Source: Candidatus Sulfotelmatobacter sp. (GTDB lineage Bacteria; Acidobacteriota; Terriglobia; Terriglobales; Acidobacteriaceae). From it: a DNA stretch of 64,000 nucleotides. Of this stretch, positions 1 through 8,782 are shown piece after piece. The notes below the pieces were generated by a model that searched no databases, was not told the origin of the DNA, and worked only from the letters and a program-made list of their open reading frames with translations. Where the stretch lies: the NCBI GenBank assembly GCA_049512655.1, contig JBEKWW010000030.1, forward strand, positions 12,731 to 76,730. The letters run 5' to 3'. The stretch's first letter is position 1. Each line of letters opens with the position of its first letter. A program made the translations under genes and the position numbers.

Positions 1-221
1 CCACGACGGCCACAGCGTCTGATTTTCTGGCTAAACTCCGCGCCCGCCTCCATGACCCGGAACGATCTCGCGACACAATCTGGTCGATACCGTATCCGGC
101 ATTGCGCAAGGATGGCGCGAGAGCCGTTGCAAGATTCCCTGCCCCAACCAGCGCGATCCGCAGCTTTGTCGGCCTCTTACCCGGCATGCCCGGCAGAATA
201 GCAGACTCAGTTTGGAAGTAA
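1..221 (+). CDS. 3' end of an unidentified CDS entering from the left edge (partial)
   Basis: Frame 3 is open from the edge to TAA at 219-221 (...DFLAKLRARLHDPERSRDTIWSIPYPALRKDGARAVARFPAPTSAIRSFVGLLPGMPGRIADSVWK*). Third positions are G/C-biased. No family recognised. Confidence 0.3.
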   Translation, partial: TTATASDFLAKLRARLHDPERSRDTIWSIPYPALRKDGARAVARFPAPTSAIRSFVGLLPGMPGRIADSVWK

Positions 222-294
222 TGTAACCTAGTGGCATTCCTGGGCGAACTGGGCAAGATATGTTCCGATCAATTCGGAGAGTAAACGGATTCTT

Positions 295-2748
295 ATGGAC
301 ATGAATCGGCGGGATGTTTGCAAATTACTCGGTGTTGCCTCGTTGTCGGGTTTAGCCCGTGCTAAGGCCCCGCGGGCTGATGCGGCGACGGATGTTCGCG
401 TCCCTGTTCAGGCTCATCTCTTCAAACTTTCTGAAGTTCGATTGCTCGACGGACCCTTCAAACATTCGCAACAACTCAACACGGAGTATTTGCTCAAGCT
501 GGATCCTGACCGCCTTCTGGCATGGTTCCGCAGGGAGTCCGGCTTGACGCCAAAGGCGCCGGTTTACGGAGGATGGGAGTCCGAAACCGTTTGGGGAGAT
601 CATTACAGCCTTCCCGGTGCGATTCTCGGCTTTTATCTTTCGTCCATGGCAAACAGTTACCAGGGCACTGGCGACGAGCCTACCCGGAAACTGATATTGG
701 AGCGCCTTCGCTATACCGTCGATCAACTTGCCGAGTGTCAGGCGGCATTTGGAGACGGTTATCTGCTACCCACCAAAAATGGCCATCAAATTTTTGAACG
801 CGTCGCGCGTGGCGAGATCGTCACTTCGAATCCTTTGATCGACGGCGTTTGGGAACCAACCTATGTTCTAAACAAGCTGACGCTCGGCTTGGTCGATGTC
901 TACAACGGCCTGGGAATTGAGAAAGCACGAAGTGTATTGCTCGCTGTCGCCAATTGGTTTGGAACGGCCGTGCTCAACCGGCTCGACGATGCCCAGGTGC
1001 AACAGCTTCTGGTGTGTGAACACGGATCGCTCAGCGAATCGTTTATCGATTGCTACCGCTTGATGGAAGACCCCAAATATCTCGATTGGGCTAAGCGCCT
1101 CAACGATCACGCCATGCTCGATCCTTTATCCCAAGGGAGAGACATTCTGGATGGCTGGCATGCGAACACGCAAATTCCCAAGTTCACTGGCTTCCACAAC
1201 GTCTACCTCTACACAGGCAATCCCCAATATAGAAAGGCAGCATTTAATTTTTGGCAAATCGTTACGGAAGATCGATCATGGGTGAACGGAGGCAATAGTA
1301 CCGGCGAACACTTCTTTCCGGCCACGCAAACTCGAGAACGCATGCTCGCCTCCGCCGGTCCGGAAAGTTGCAACACGGTCAACATGCTGAGGTTGACCGA
1401 AACTCTTTTCACGGACTCGGTAGACGCCAGACTCGCCGATTTCTACGAACGCGCTCTCTACAACCACATTTTGCCAGTGCATGAGCCGAAACGAGGTATG
1501 CTTTCCTACTTCACTTCAATGCGACCGGGCCACTACCGCACCTGCTCCTCGGAGTTTGAATCGTTCTGGTGCTGCCTGGGAACCGGCGTTCAGGCCGCCA
1601 GCCGCTACGGCATGTTTATTTACGCGAAGGGCGATCAGAAGCTCTACGTCAATCTCTTCATTCCATCGGAAGTGTCCTGGGAAGAAATGGATACGACGAT
1701 TCGACAGGAAACCTCGTTCCCGGATCAACCTTCGACTACCTTTACGATCCTGACGAAAAAAGAACGCCGGTTCTCCCTAAACCTGCGTCATCCCGCGTGG
1801 ATCAAGTCTGAATCTCTTAGCCTGAGAATCAATGGGGAAGTCCAACAACTGGCTTCGCGTCCCGGTTCCTACGTCGAAGTCAATCGTAGTTGGAAGAATG
1901 GAGATCGAGTCGAACTCTCGCTTCCGATGGAATTGACTTTGGAAGGCCTTAGAAATTCAGATCAGTATGGCGCAATTTTGTATGGCCCGATTCTGCTGGC
2001 GGGGGAATTGGGAGCTAAAGGAATTACCGAGGATGAGTTCGATCAAAAAATGGACCATTCCGCAGTCCATACAATTTCTCTCGCGGAAACGCCTGTATTA
2101 TCCGGTTCCCCCGCGCAGATTCTTTCCAGCTTGCAACGGCGCGAATCCGAAACTATGTCGTACTCTCTAATTTTCCCTGATCAAAAGACTCCGATTTCGC
2201 TCATTCCACTCTATCGCTTGCACTTCCAGAGATACGCGATCTACTGGCGCATCGTCCCCACAGAGCGCGAGCGTCTGGCTTATAGGGAGGCACTGCAAGA
2301 TATTGAGGGAAAAATTGCACATGCGGGTAGTCTGGCCTTGGATAGTGTGATCATTTGCGATGACGAATCCGAAAAGGCACATGGATTTGAATCGGTAAAT
2401 TCGACAACCGGCACCGATGATGAATGTAAGTGGCGACGGGCCGCTAAAGGTGGATGGCTTAGTTACCTTGTGAAGGTGCAGCAGGAAAAAGAGAATTTTC
2501 TTTGGGTTGAATATCACGGCGCCGAGATCGAACCGAACCAGTTTTCGATCCTGATCGACGGACATCGCGTCGCATCGGAAGCCGACCTCAAGAACTTCGA
2601 CTTGCCTGTCATCTACGGAAAAACCTATCGGATTCCCCAGGAATTGACTTCCAACAGAAGCTCCGTGACCGTCAAGTTTCAGTCTAATTGGCCTTACGTC
2701 ACTCCTCGAATTTTTGCCCTTCGCACAATGCGTCTCGATGTTACGTAA
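295..2748 (+). CDS. Glycoside hydrolase family 127-like protein (DUF1680 / beta-L-arabinofuranosidase family) with a Tat-type signal peptide
   Basis: 817 aa ORF. The N-terminus MNRRDVCKLLGVASLSGLARA looks like a twin-arginine signal. Length and overall sequence resemble GH127/DUF1680 proteins (WHANTQIPKF, SWVNGGNS, CNTVNML, FWCCLGTG). About 170 aa extend beyond the usual core. Confidence 0.75.
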   Translation: MDMNRRDVCKLLGVASLSGLARAKAPRADAATDVRVPVQAHLFKLSEVRLLDGPFKHSQQLNTEYLLKLDPDRLLAWFRRESGLTPKAPVYGGWESETVWGDHYSLPGAILGFYLSSMANSYQGTGDEPTRKLILERLRYTVDQLAECQAAFGDGYLLPTKNGHQIFERVARGEIVTSNPLIDGVWEPTYVLNKLTLGLVDVYNGLGIEKARSVLLAVANWFGTAVLNRLDDAQVQQLLVCEHGSLSESFIDCYRLMEDPKYLDWAKRLNDHAMLDPLSQGRDILDGWHANTQIPKFTGFHNVYLYTGNPQYRKAAFNFWQIVTEDRSWVNGGNSTGEHFFPATQTRERMLASAGPESCNTVNMLRLTETLFTDSVDARLADFYERALYNHILPVHEPKRGMLSYFTSMRPGHYRTCSSEFESFWCCLGTGVQAASRYGMFIYAKGDQKLYVNLFIPSEVSWEEMDTTIRQETSFPDQPSTTFTILTKKERRFSLNLRHPAWIKSESLSLRINGEVQQLASRPGSYVEVNRSWKNGDRVELSLPMELTLEGLRNSDQYGAILYGPILLAGELGAKGITEDEFDQKMDHSAVHTISLAETPVLSGSPAQILSSLQRRESETMSYSLIFPDQKTPISLIPLYRLHFQRYAIYWRIVPTERERLAYREALQDIEGKIAHAGSLALDSVIICDDESEKAHGFESVNSTTGTDDECKWRRAAKGGWLSYLVKVQQEKENFLWVEYHGAEIEPNQFSILIDGHRVASEADLKNFDLPVIYGKTYRIPQELTSNRSSVTVKFQSNWPYVTPRIFALRTMRLDVT

Positions 2749-2802
2749 AGTATCGACTCAGCTGGCCCGCCCCTGCAGACACATAGATCCACGGCGTGCT
2801 TT

Positions 2803-3420
2803 ATGATTGTGGAGATGCCCCAGTCTAAGAAATCCAAACCCGTCGCAGTCCGCAAGCGCGGTTCCTCCAAAGCCCGAGTGATTTCTTCCCGCACGGTTTA
2901 CCGCGGACCTGTGTTCTGGGTGACCACCGACGAAGTGCAGGAACCCGGCGGAGTTCGGGCTCGCCGCGACGTAATTCATCACACCGGCTCAGTTGTAATC
3001 CTGGCAGTGGACGAATCGCAGTCGACTCCGCATGTGCTTCTGGAGCGCCAATACCGCCATGCGGCGAATAGCTATCTCTGGGAACTTCCCGCGGGACGCA
3101 TCGACTCCGGTGAACAGCCGCTGGCGGCAGCGCGCCGCGAGCTTCTTGAGGAGACCGGCTACACCGCGAAGAACTGGCGGCGCATATTTCATTTCTATGC
3201 CAGTCCGGGGTTCGTGGCGGAAACCATGTCTGTATTTCTGGCTACCGGGCTGCGGCGCGGCAAGGCTCAACCGGAGGCCGACGAAGTAATCCAGATGCGC
3301 ATGGTACCGCTTGCGACGGCCACTGGCATGGTATTGCGGGGTACCATCCGCGACGCGAAGACGATCGGCTCCATTCTGTGGCTCGAGTATCAGCGAAATC
3401 ATCGGATTCCTTTGACCTAA
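2803..3420 (+). CDS. NUDIX hydrolase (ADP-ribose pyrophosphatase-like)
   Basis: Complete Nudix box GRIDSGEQPLAAARRELLEETGY (Gx5Ex7REUxEExGU). Confidence 0.85.
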   Translation: MIVEMPQSKKSKPVAVRKRGSSKARVISSRTVYRGPVFWVTTDEVQEPGGVRARRDVIHHTGSVVILAVDESQSTPHVLLERQYRHAANSYLWELPAGRIDSGEQPLAAARRELLEETGYTAKNWRRIFHFYASPGFVAETMSVFLATGLRRGKAQPEADEVIQMRMVPLATATGMVLRGTIRDAKTIGSILWLEYQRNHRIPLT

Positions 3421-3468
3421 GGTAGAAACCTCATCCGCCCAGAGGCGTTATATCCCCAAAGGAACGGT

Positions 3469-3645
3469 TTGACTTTGTGCCCGCTGTGACTTAGCTTTGT
3501 CCGATGGCGTACATTAGCCACGCAACCCGCCATTCTCTCCCTCCTAATCATTCCATCCTAATTTCCGTAGATTGCATCCTATTTTTTAGTCACGTCTCAG
3601 GGGTCTCTTCCTAAATGGCGTGCAGATTTAGGGGGTACGTCGAAA
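3469..3645 (+). promoter_or_regulatory. Putative sigma70-type promoter plus long 5' UTR of the cold-shock gene
   Basis: TTGACT (3469-3474), 17 nt spacer, TAGCTT (3492-3497). This leaves a leader of about 140 nt before the csp ATG, as is typical of cold-shock mRNAs. No cold-box motif verified. Confidence 0.3.
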
Positions 3646-3846
3646 GTGAAAGGTACCGTGAAGTGGTTCAACAATGCAAAAGGTTATGGGTTCATCGGAC
3701 GAGCGGATGGTCCCGACGTTTTTGTTCACTACAGTGCCATCACATCCGAGGGTTATAAGAGCCTTCAGGAGGGTGACGAAGTGGAATTTGAGATTACCGA
3801 GGGTCAAAAGGGTCCGCAGGCGGCCAATGTATTGAAGGCTTCCTAA
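3646..3846 (+). CDS. cspA: Cold-shock protein, CspA family
   Basis: 66 aa. [17 protein letters not shown] and VFVHYSAI carry the RNP1/RNP2 motifs of the CSD fold. Confidence 0.95.
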   Translation: MKGTVKWFNNAKGYGFIGRADGPDVFVHYSAITSEGYKSLQEGDEVEFEITEGQKGPQAANVLKAS

Positions 3847-3984
3847 GCGACTTGGTCCACCAATTTCGGCTGGGCACTTGGGCACCCCCTCCAATTAGTC
3901 GGTAAGCCGAGGGCAAAACCTACGCCAGAAACATACTGTTCGGCTCCGCTGGCGCTGAATTTCATTCTTGTTTAATCTTTATCC

Positions 3985-5727
3985 GTGGACAATAAATCCA
4001 TCGCCACGGTCCTCTATGACACCGCCGACCTGCTGGAAATCGATGGCGCGGACTCGTTCCGAATCCGCTCTTACCGCAATGCCGCGCAAGCCATCGAAAA
4101 TCTGAGCGAGCAGATCAGAGATCTCATCGGCGAACCTAAGAAGGTTCTCGCCATCCCTGGCATTGGTAAAGGGATGCTCTTGAACCTGCAGGAACTCTTT
4201 CGCGAGGGCCGCCTCAGCATGCAGGCTGAGCTGCTGAAGAAATATCACCCCTCGATGCTGCAATTATTGCGGATTCAGGGGCTCGGTCCGAAGTCCATCG
4301 CGTTAATCTGGAGCGCCTATCAGATTTGCGATGTGGATGGCGTGGAAAAACTGGCGCGGGAAGGCAAGATTCGCGAACTGCCGCGGATGGGCGAGAAGCA
4401 CGAGCAGAAATTGCTCAAAGCCATCGAGGACTTCCGCCGGATTTCAGGACGCTTTCTGATCGATGCCGCCGAAACCGAGGCTACAAAGCTCATCGACTAC
4501 CTGGCAATGTTCCCAGGCTTCGAGAAGATCACTCCGGCCGGCTCGTTGCGTCGCGGGCGGGAAACAGCGGGTGATCTCGATATTCTCGTTACCGGTCCGG
4601 GTTGTTGCAGTCCAGAAGAACGCGCCCAGGCCGTGCAGTACGTCGCACAGTATCCGCCGCTGATGGACATCATCGCCCAGGGCGACAACAAGATCAGTTT
4701 CCGCCTCCGTAGCGACCTGCAGGTGGACGTGCGCTTGTTGCCTCCCGATTCTTTTGGCGCGGCCATGCAGTATTTCACCGGATCGAAGGCGCACAACGTT
4801 GCCCTGCGGCAGCGCGCCCTGAAAATGGGTTACACGCTGAACGAATATAGTCTGGCCGATCTTAAAACCGGCCAGGCAGTCGCAGGAAAAACCGAGGAAG
4901 AGATTTATGCCAAGCTCAATCTGGATTACATCTCTCCCGAGCTGCGGGAGAATCTGGGCGAGATCGATGCCGCGGAAAAGCATACGCTTCCATCATTAAT
5001 CACGCTGAGCGATCTTCAGGGTGATGTGCACATGCATACCGTGGAGACGGACGGCCGGAACACCATCGAAGAAATGGCGGAAGCGGCCAAGGCGCGCGGC
5101 TACAAATACATGGCGATCACGGATCACTCGAAGAACCTGGCGTTCGCCAACGGACTTGACGATGCCCGCGCAGTTGCCCATGTTAAGAAAATCCGCGAAG
5201 CCAACGATAAAATCGGCGGGATCAGGATTTTTGCCGGGATTGAAGTGGACATTCTTGCCGATGGAGATCTGGACCTTTCCGACGACGTTCTCGCCCAAAT
5301 GGATATCGTTATCGCGAGTGTTCACTCGGCATTCAATCAGGAGGCGGCGAAGATGACCGAGCGTTTGCTCAAGGCGATCGGTAATCCGCACGTTTCTCTG
5401 ATCGGCCATCCTACCGGCCGCATCCAGCTTCGTCGTGACGCTTACCAGTTCGATATGGACGCTGTTCTTACCACGGCTGCGAAAAACAAAGTTGCTATGG
5501 AATTAAATTCCTATCCCGACCGGCTTGATTTGAACGACGTTCATCTTCGTCAGGCGAAGCTGCGGGGCGTGAAGATCGTGGTCAATACGGATTCTCATCA
5601 CACGTCGCACCTCGATAAAATCCGGTTCGGAGTTTTACAGGCGCGCCGTGCGTGGCTCACCAAGAATGATGTGTTGAATGCGTTGCCGGAGAAGCAATTT
5701 GCCAAGGCGATGAAGCATGAATGGTGA
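3985..5727 (+). CDS. polX: DNA polymerase/3'-5' exonuclease PolX (family X polymerase fused to a PHP domain)
   Basis: 580 aa with a GTG start. Helix-hairpin-helix motifs (IPGIGKGM, IQGLGPKS). Pol-beta-type catalytic aspartates in TAGDLDILV and DLQVDVRLL. C-terminal PHP motifs (GDVHMHT, ITDHS, NTDSHH). Confidence 0.9.
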   Translation: MDNKSIATVLYDTADLLEIDGADSFRIRSYRNAAQAIENLSEQIRDLIGEPKKVLAIPGIGKGMLLNLQELFREGRLSMQAELLKKYHPSMLQLLRIQGLGPKSIALIWSAYQICDVDGVEKLAREGKIRELPRMGEKHEQKLLKAIEDFRRISGRFLIDAAETEATKLIDYLAMFPGFEKITPAGSLRRGRETAGDLDILVTGPGCCSPEERAQAVQYVAQYPPLMDIIAQGDNKISFRLRSDLQVDVRLLPPDSFGAAMQYFTGSKAHNVALRQRALKMGYTLNEYSLADLKTGQAVAGKTEEEIYAKLNLDYISPELRENLGEIDAAEKHTLPSLITLSDLQGDVHMHTVETDGRNTIEEMAEAAKARGYKYMAITDHSKNLAFANGLDDARAVAHVKKIREANDKIGGIRIFAGIEVDILADGDLDLSDDVLAQMDIVIASVHSAFNQEAAKMTERLLKAIGNPHVSLIGHPTGRIQLRRDAYQFDMDAVLTTAAKNKVAMELNSYPDRLDLNDVHLRQAKLRGVKIVVNTDSHHTSHLDKIRFGVLQARRAWLTKNDVLNALPEKQFAKAMKHEW

Positions 5728-5816
5728 AGCATAATTGCAGTTGAAACGGACTCCGGCTCCAGACTGGCTGGAGATCCCCGCAAGACGTCGAAAGTAAAAT
5801 CGGAGTAGCCTAGCTC

Positions 5817-6422
5817 ATGCCCGATCAAACGCCTAATCCGGTTCCAAGTTCTGCAGCACCGGCAGCGAACGCCGCAGCGCCCGCTTCGCAACGCGGCCCC
5901 ACCATTCGCATAGGCGACGAGTTCGGCACCGCCAAGCGCAATCTGCCTCCGGTCAAGATCTTGTTATATGCGCTAGCCGGCGTGCTCGTCGTTGCGGGGA
6001 TGGTTTCCTTCGTTCAGCGCGCCAAGCCACAGGGTTCGGGATCGATTGATAACGTCGCCGCCGTGCAGATTCCGGGGCAGGACGCTACGCTGGTTGCGCT
6101 CACTTTCACCCTGCACAATTCCGGCGAAAAGCCGCTCTGGGTTCACAACATCGAAGGCAAACTGCTGACCGCAGCGGGGGAAAATACAGCGGACGCGGTT
6201 TCCGCAATTGATTTCGACAGATATTATCAAGCGTTTCCATCTCTGAAAGAAAACGCTCAACCACCGCTGGTTCCGGAGGACAAACTTCAGCCGGGGCAGG
6301 AAGTGAAGCGCACCATAATTGTCAGCTTTCCAGTAAATCTAGACGGGTTCAACCAGCGACGAAGCGTAAGTGTCGTGGTTCAACCTTACGACCAACCACT
6401 GCCGCTCACACTCACTAAGTAA
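5817..6422 (+). CDS. Hypothetical single-pass membrane protein
   Basis: Pro/Ala-rich N-terminus, one TM helix (ILLYALAGVLVVAGMVSFV), then a beta-rich ectodomain. No family recognised. Confidence 0.55.
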   Translation: MPDQTPNPVPSSAAPAANAAAPASQRGPTIRIGDEFGTAKRNLPPVKILLYALAGVLVVAGMVSFVQRAKPQGSGSIDNVAAVQIPGQDATLVALTFTLHNSGEKPLWVHNIEGKLLTAAGENTADAVSAIDFDRYYQAFPSLKENAQPPLVPEDKLQPGQEVKRTIIVSFPVNLDGFNQRRSVSVVVQPYDQPLPLTLTK

Positions 6423-6676
6423 GTCGCTGGGCTTATGGGAGTGATTTTCTCGGCAATTTAGAGGATGGCGGTTGCGATGCGCAATGATAAACGCGTGCCG
6501 GACAGCTGGGCTAACTTCCCATATCGCTTCAAGGCCCCCCGGACCTCAACGCCCGGCACGCGCGGAGAAGAACAATGAAGTCAAGTTAACACGGCGAAGG
6601 TCGCGCCGGACGCGGATATTCCGCATAAGCGCATCGGATTTTTTTCTAATTCCGAATGGCGATATCCCTCAGAAAA

Positions 6677-6940
6677 TTAAGCCTTGGATTTCGCTTTGAT
6701 CTTTGGTTTTTGGCGCGGTTTTTTGGCGGGCGGCTTCACGGAGTTCGGCTTTTTACTTGCCTTTTTCTTTGAGGCGGATTTTCGTTTTGCCCGCGCGCTT
6801 TTTGTCGGGGTCTGATTTAGCGGTGAGGCAGAAGATTTATTGCTGGGAAGGTTATGAGTTGCGCTGGCGATGAGCCCGGCGGCTCGGCCTACGCGCCGAG
6901 CCAACCGGTTGAGCAACGGTGTATCCTCCGTGCCTTTCAT
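6677..6940 (-). CDS. Small basic protein with a Lys/Ala/Pro-rich histone H1-like tail
   Basis: 87 aa. GAGGA lies about 10 nt upstream of the ATG. The C-terminal half is KSARAKRKSASKKKASKKPNSVKPPAKKPRQKPKIKAKSKA. Confidence 0.55.
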   Translation of the reverse strand: MKGTEDTPLLNRLARRVGRAAGLIASATHNLPSNKSSASPLNQTPTKSARAKRKSASKKKASKKPNSVKPPAKKPRQKPKIKAKSKA

Positions 6941-6984
6941 CGCTCGCTATCCTCAGTTGTGAATTCAATCGACCGTGTAGCCGG

Positions 6985-7137
6985 TTATAAGCGACCCATT
7001 ACCGCCAGGATCACCACGATCAGCAATACCAAGCCCAATCCGCCGCTAGGGTAGTAACCCCAGCCCGCGCTGTAGGGCCAGGTTGGCAGCGCACCAAGGA
7101 GCAACAAAATCAGGACGATCAATAATATTGTTCTCAC
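6985..7137 (-). CDS. DUF3309 family small membrane protein (50 aa, below the ORF-track cutoff)
   Basis: GTG start preceded by AGGAGG. Translation (M)RTILLIVLILLLLGALPTWPYSAGWGYYPSGGLGLVLLIVVILAVMGRL matches the remembered DUF3309 pattern (LLLGALPTWP.S..WGY.PSGGLGLVL...GR). Confidence 0.7.
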   Translation of the reverse strand: MRTILLIVLILLLLGALPTWPYSAGWGYYPSGGLGLVLLIVVILAVMGRL

Positions 7138-7217
7138 AGTACCTCCTTAAGCTAGAGTCACCAAATTAGATTGGCGCTTCCATTCTTTCGAACCCTCGCA
7201 ATACAACCAGGCAATCC

Positions 7218-8294
7218 CTAGCGAGGCCGATCATCTGCCCTTGGAGCCGGAGACATTCTCTGCTGCAACTGCTGCGTTTGTTGCTGGTGCCTTTGCTGCA
7301 TTTGCTGCGTCTGTTGCTGGTGGCGCTGTTCTACCTGCTGTTTTGCTGCATCGTTATTCTGTCTCGCGACTTTTGCGTCTTCCTTGTCCTGCTGGCTCTG
7401 CAGTTTCTGCCGTTCTTTCTGCTGTTCCGCATATTGCTTGTTCGCTTGTTTCTGATATTGCTTGTCCAGCTTGGGGTTTCCCGTATTCTGCGGCGCTGGA
7501 CGTTCGGCTGGAGGAAGATCGCGAACGTGATTGGCGGGCGCCGCTCCTCGACCGGCAGGAGCAGTGTAATGCCCGCCAGCCTCTCTGGCTGCAATCACCC
7601 CACTCCCTTTAAACTCTCCGGGTTTCGCCGTGGCTGCGATGGGTGGCCTGCCCTGATTCGCCGAAGCGCGCAGCTGCGGATTAGATCGCGCCTGCTGCAC
7701 GTGGTCGGTCTGTGCGGCCACTGGTCCAATATGTCTGTCGTGAGCCGCTGCTTCTTCCTGCGGAGTCGGTCGTGCAGTGACCCCTCCATTTCCGCCGTTG
7801 TAGCTCACATGATTGACGACGGTCACGTTCGTAACCCGGTCTTCGTAGACATTATGAATTTCCGTCACATTCACATTGAAAACCGCGCGGTTATAGAAGA
7901 ACTGATTGCCCTGCCAGCGTCCGCCGACAAACCCGACCCCGAAATAGCCGAAGCCGTAACCGATACCACCGTAGAAACCAACCTGCGGGCCCCAATATCC
8001 GTCATAGAAAACAAAGCTGCTGCCACCCCATCCCCAATAAGGAGGAGTCCAAAGCAAGCCGGGCTCTGGACCTAGCACCCACGTGCCGGGCACCCAATAG
8101 TAGTCGTTGAAATCGTCGCCCCAGGCCCAGTAGCCAGGCGTCCAAAGGTAGTCGTCGCCGGGACAAACCGGCTGGTCATAGACGGGAAGCGCAGGCGGCG
8201 CGATGGTAATCGACACCCCGATTTGCGCGAAAGCTGCTGCCGAAAAGCACATCACTAAAAGGCCGAACAACAGGGTCCGAATGGAACGATGCAT
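7218..8294 (-). CDS. Secreted Trp/Gly/Tyr-rich (YxWGxW-like repeat) protein with a Gln-rich coiled-coil tail
   Basis: Start moved to the internal ATG at 8294 (GAGGAAAG RBS; MHRSIRTLLFGLLVMCFSAAAFAQ signal peptide). Core is LWTPGYWAWG...YYWVPGTWV...WTPPYWGWGG...YWGPQVGFYGG. The C-terminus is a K/Q-rich helix. Confidence 0.7.
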   Translation of the reverse strand: MHRSIRTLLFGLLVMCFSAAAFAQIGVSITIAPPALPVYDQPVCPGDDYLWTPGYWAWGDDFNDYYWVPGTWVLGPEPGLLWTPPYWGWGGSSFVFYDGYWGPQVGFYGGIGYGFGYFGVGFVGGRWQGNQFFYNRAVFNVNVTEIHNVYEDRVTNVTVVNHVSYNGGNGGVTARPTPQEEAAAHDRHIGPVAAQTDHVQQARSNPQLRASANQGRPPIAATAKPGEFKGSGVIAAREAGGHYTAPAGRGAAPANHVRDLPPAERPAPQNTGNPKLDKQYQKQANKQYAEQQKERQKLQSQQDKEDAKVARQNNDAAKQQVEQRHQQQTQQMQQRHQQQTQQLQQRMSPAPRADDRPR

Positions 8295-8579
8295 AGTCTT
8301 TCCTCTGCTCGCCATCCTTCGCTTGCTCGTTACTGATTTGCCTCTGCGAGTTGCGCGGATGGAGCATGTATTGACTGCCTTCAGTTTCAAACCGGGTTCG
8401 GTTCCACGAGCGCCGTACTCACCGTGCGCTGCCGATGCAAGACTACACTGCGTCCGCTCTTCGGCTATCAGGGTAATGCTGTACTGGAGAAAAATCGTGC
8501 TGGTAAGTAGGGGCGCAGGTCGACGGACGCGGACCGGGTCCAGGGCGCGCGTATGCCGATTGAGACTCCCGCTGAGAGA

Positions 8580-8738
8580 CTACTGGCCCACAGACCCGTC
8601 CCAACGGTACCGACCGCCTTCATGAAAACGATGACGGGCCATGGTCTGCCCAAGCACAAAAAAAACGATTGCCAGGACTACGATGAACAGGAACCTGCAA
8701 ACTCCAACCCAAACTGAACGTGGGAAGATAGTTTTCAT
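8580..8738 (-). CDS. Possible 52 aa membrane peptide (not in the ORF track)
   Basis: ATG preceded by GGAGG about 12 nt upstream. Translation MKTIFPRSVWVGVCRFLFIVVLAIVFFVLGQTMARHRFHEGGRYRWDGSVGQ* has one TM helix. It starts 45 nt after the receiver gene stop. Confidence 0.3.
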   Translation of the reverse strand: MKTIFPRSVWVGVCRFLFIVVLAIVFFVLGQTMARHRFHEGGRYRWDGSVGQ

Positions 8739-8782
8739 TGGAATCTCGGCCTCCATCCTGCACCTCTGAAAAAGATCGACTG

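Noticed and set aside
31-237. 68 aa minus-strand ORF at the left edge
   Set aside because: It is a Cys/Arg-rich random-looking translation. The plus-strand frame open from the window edge looks more protein-like.
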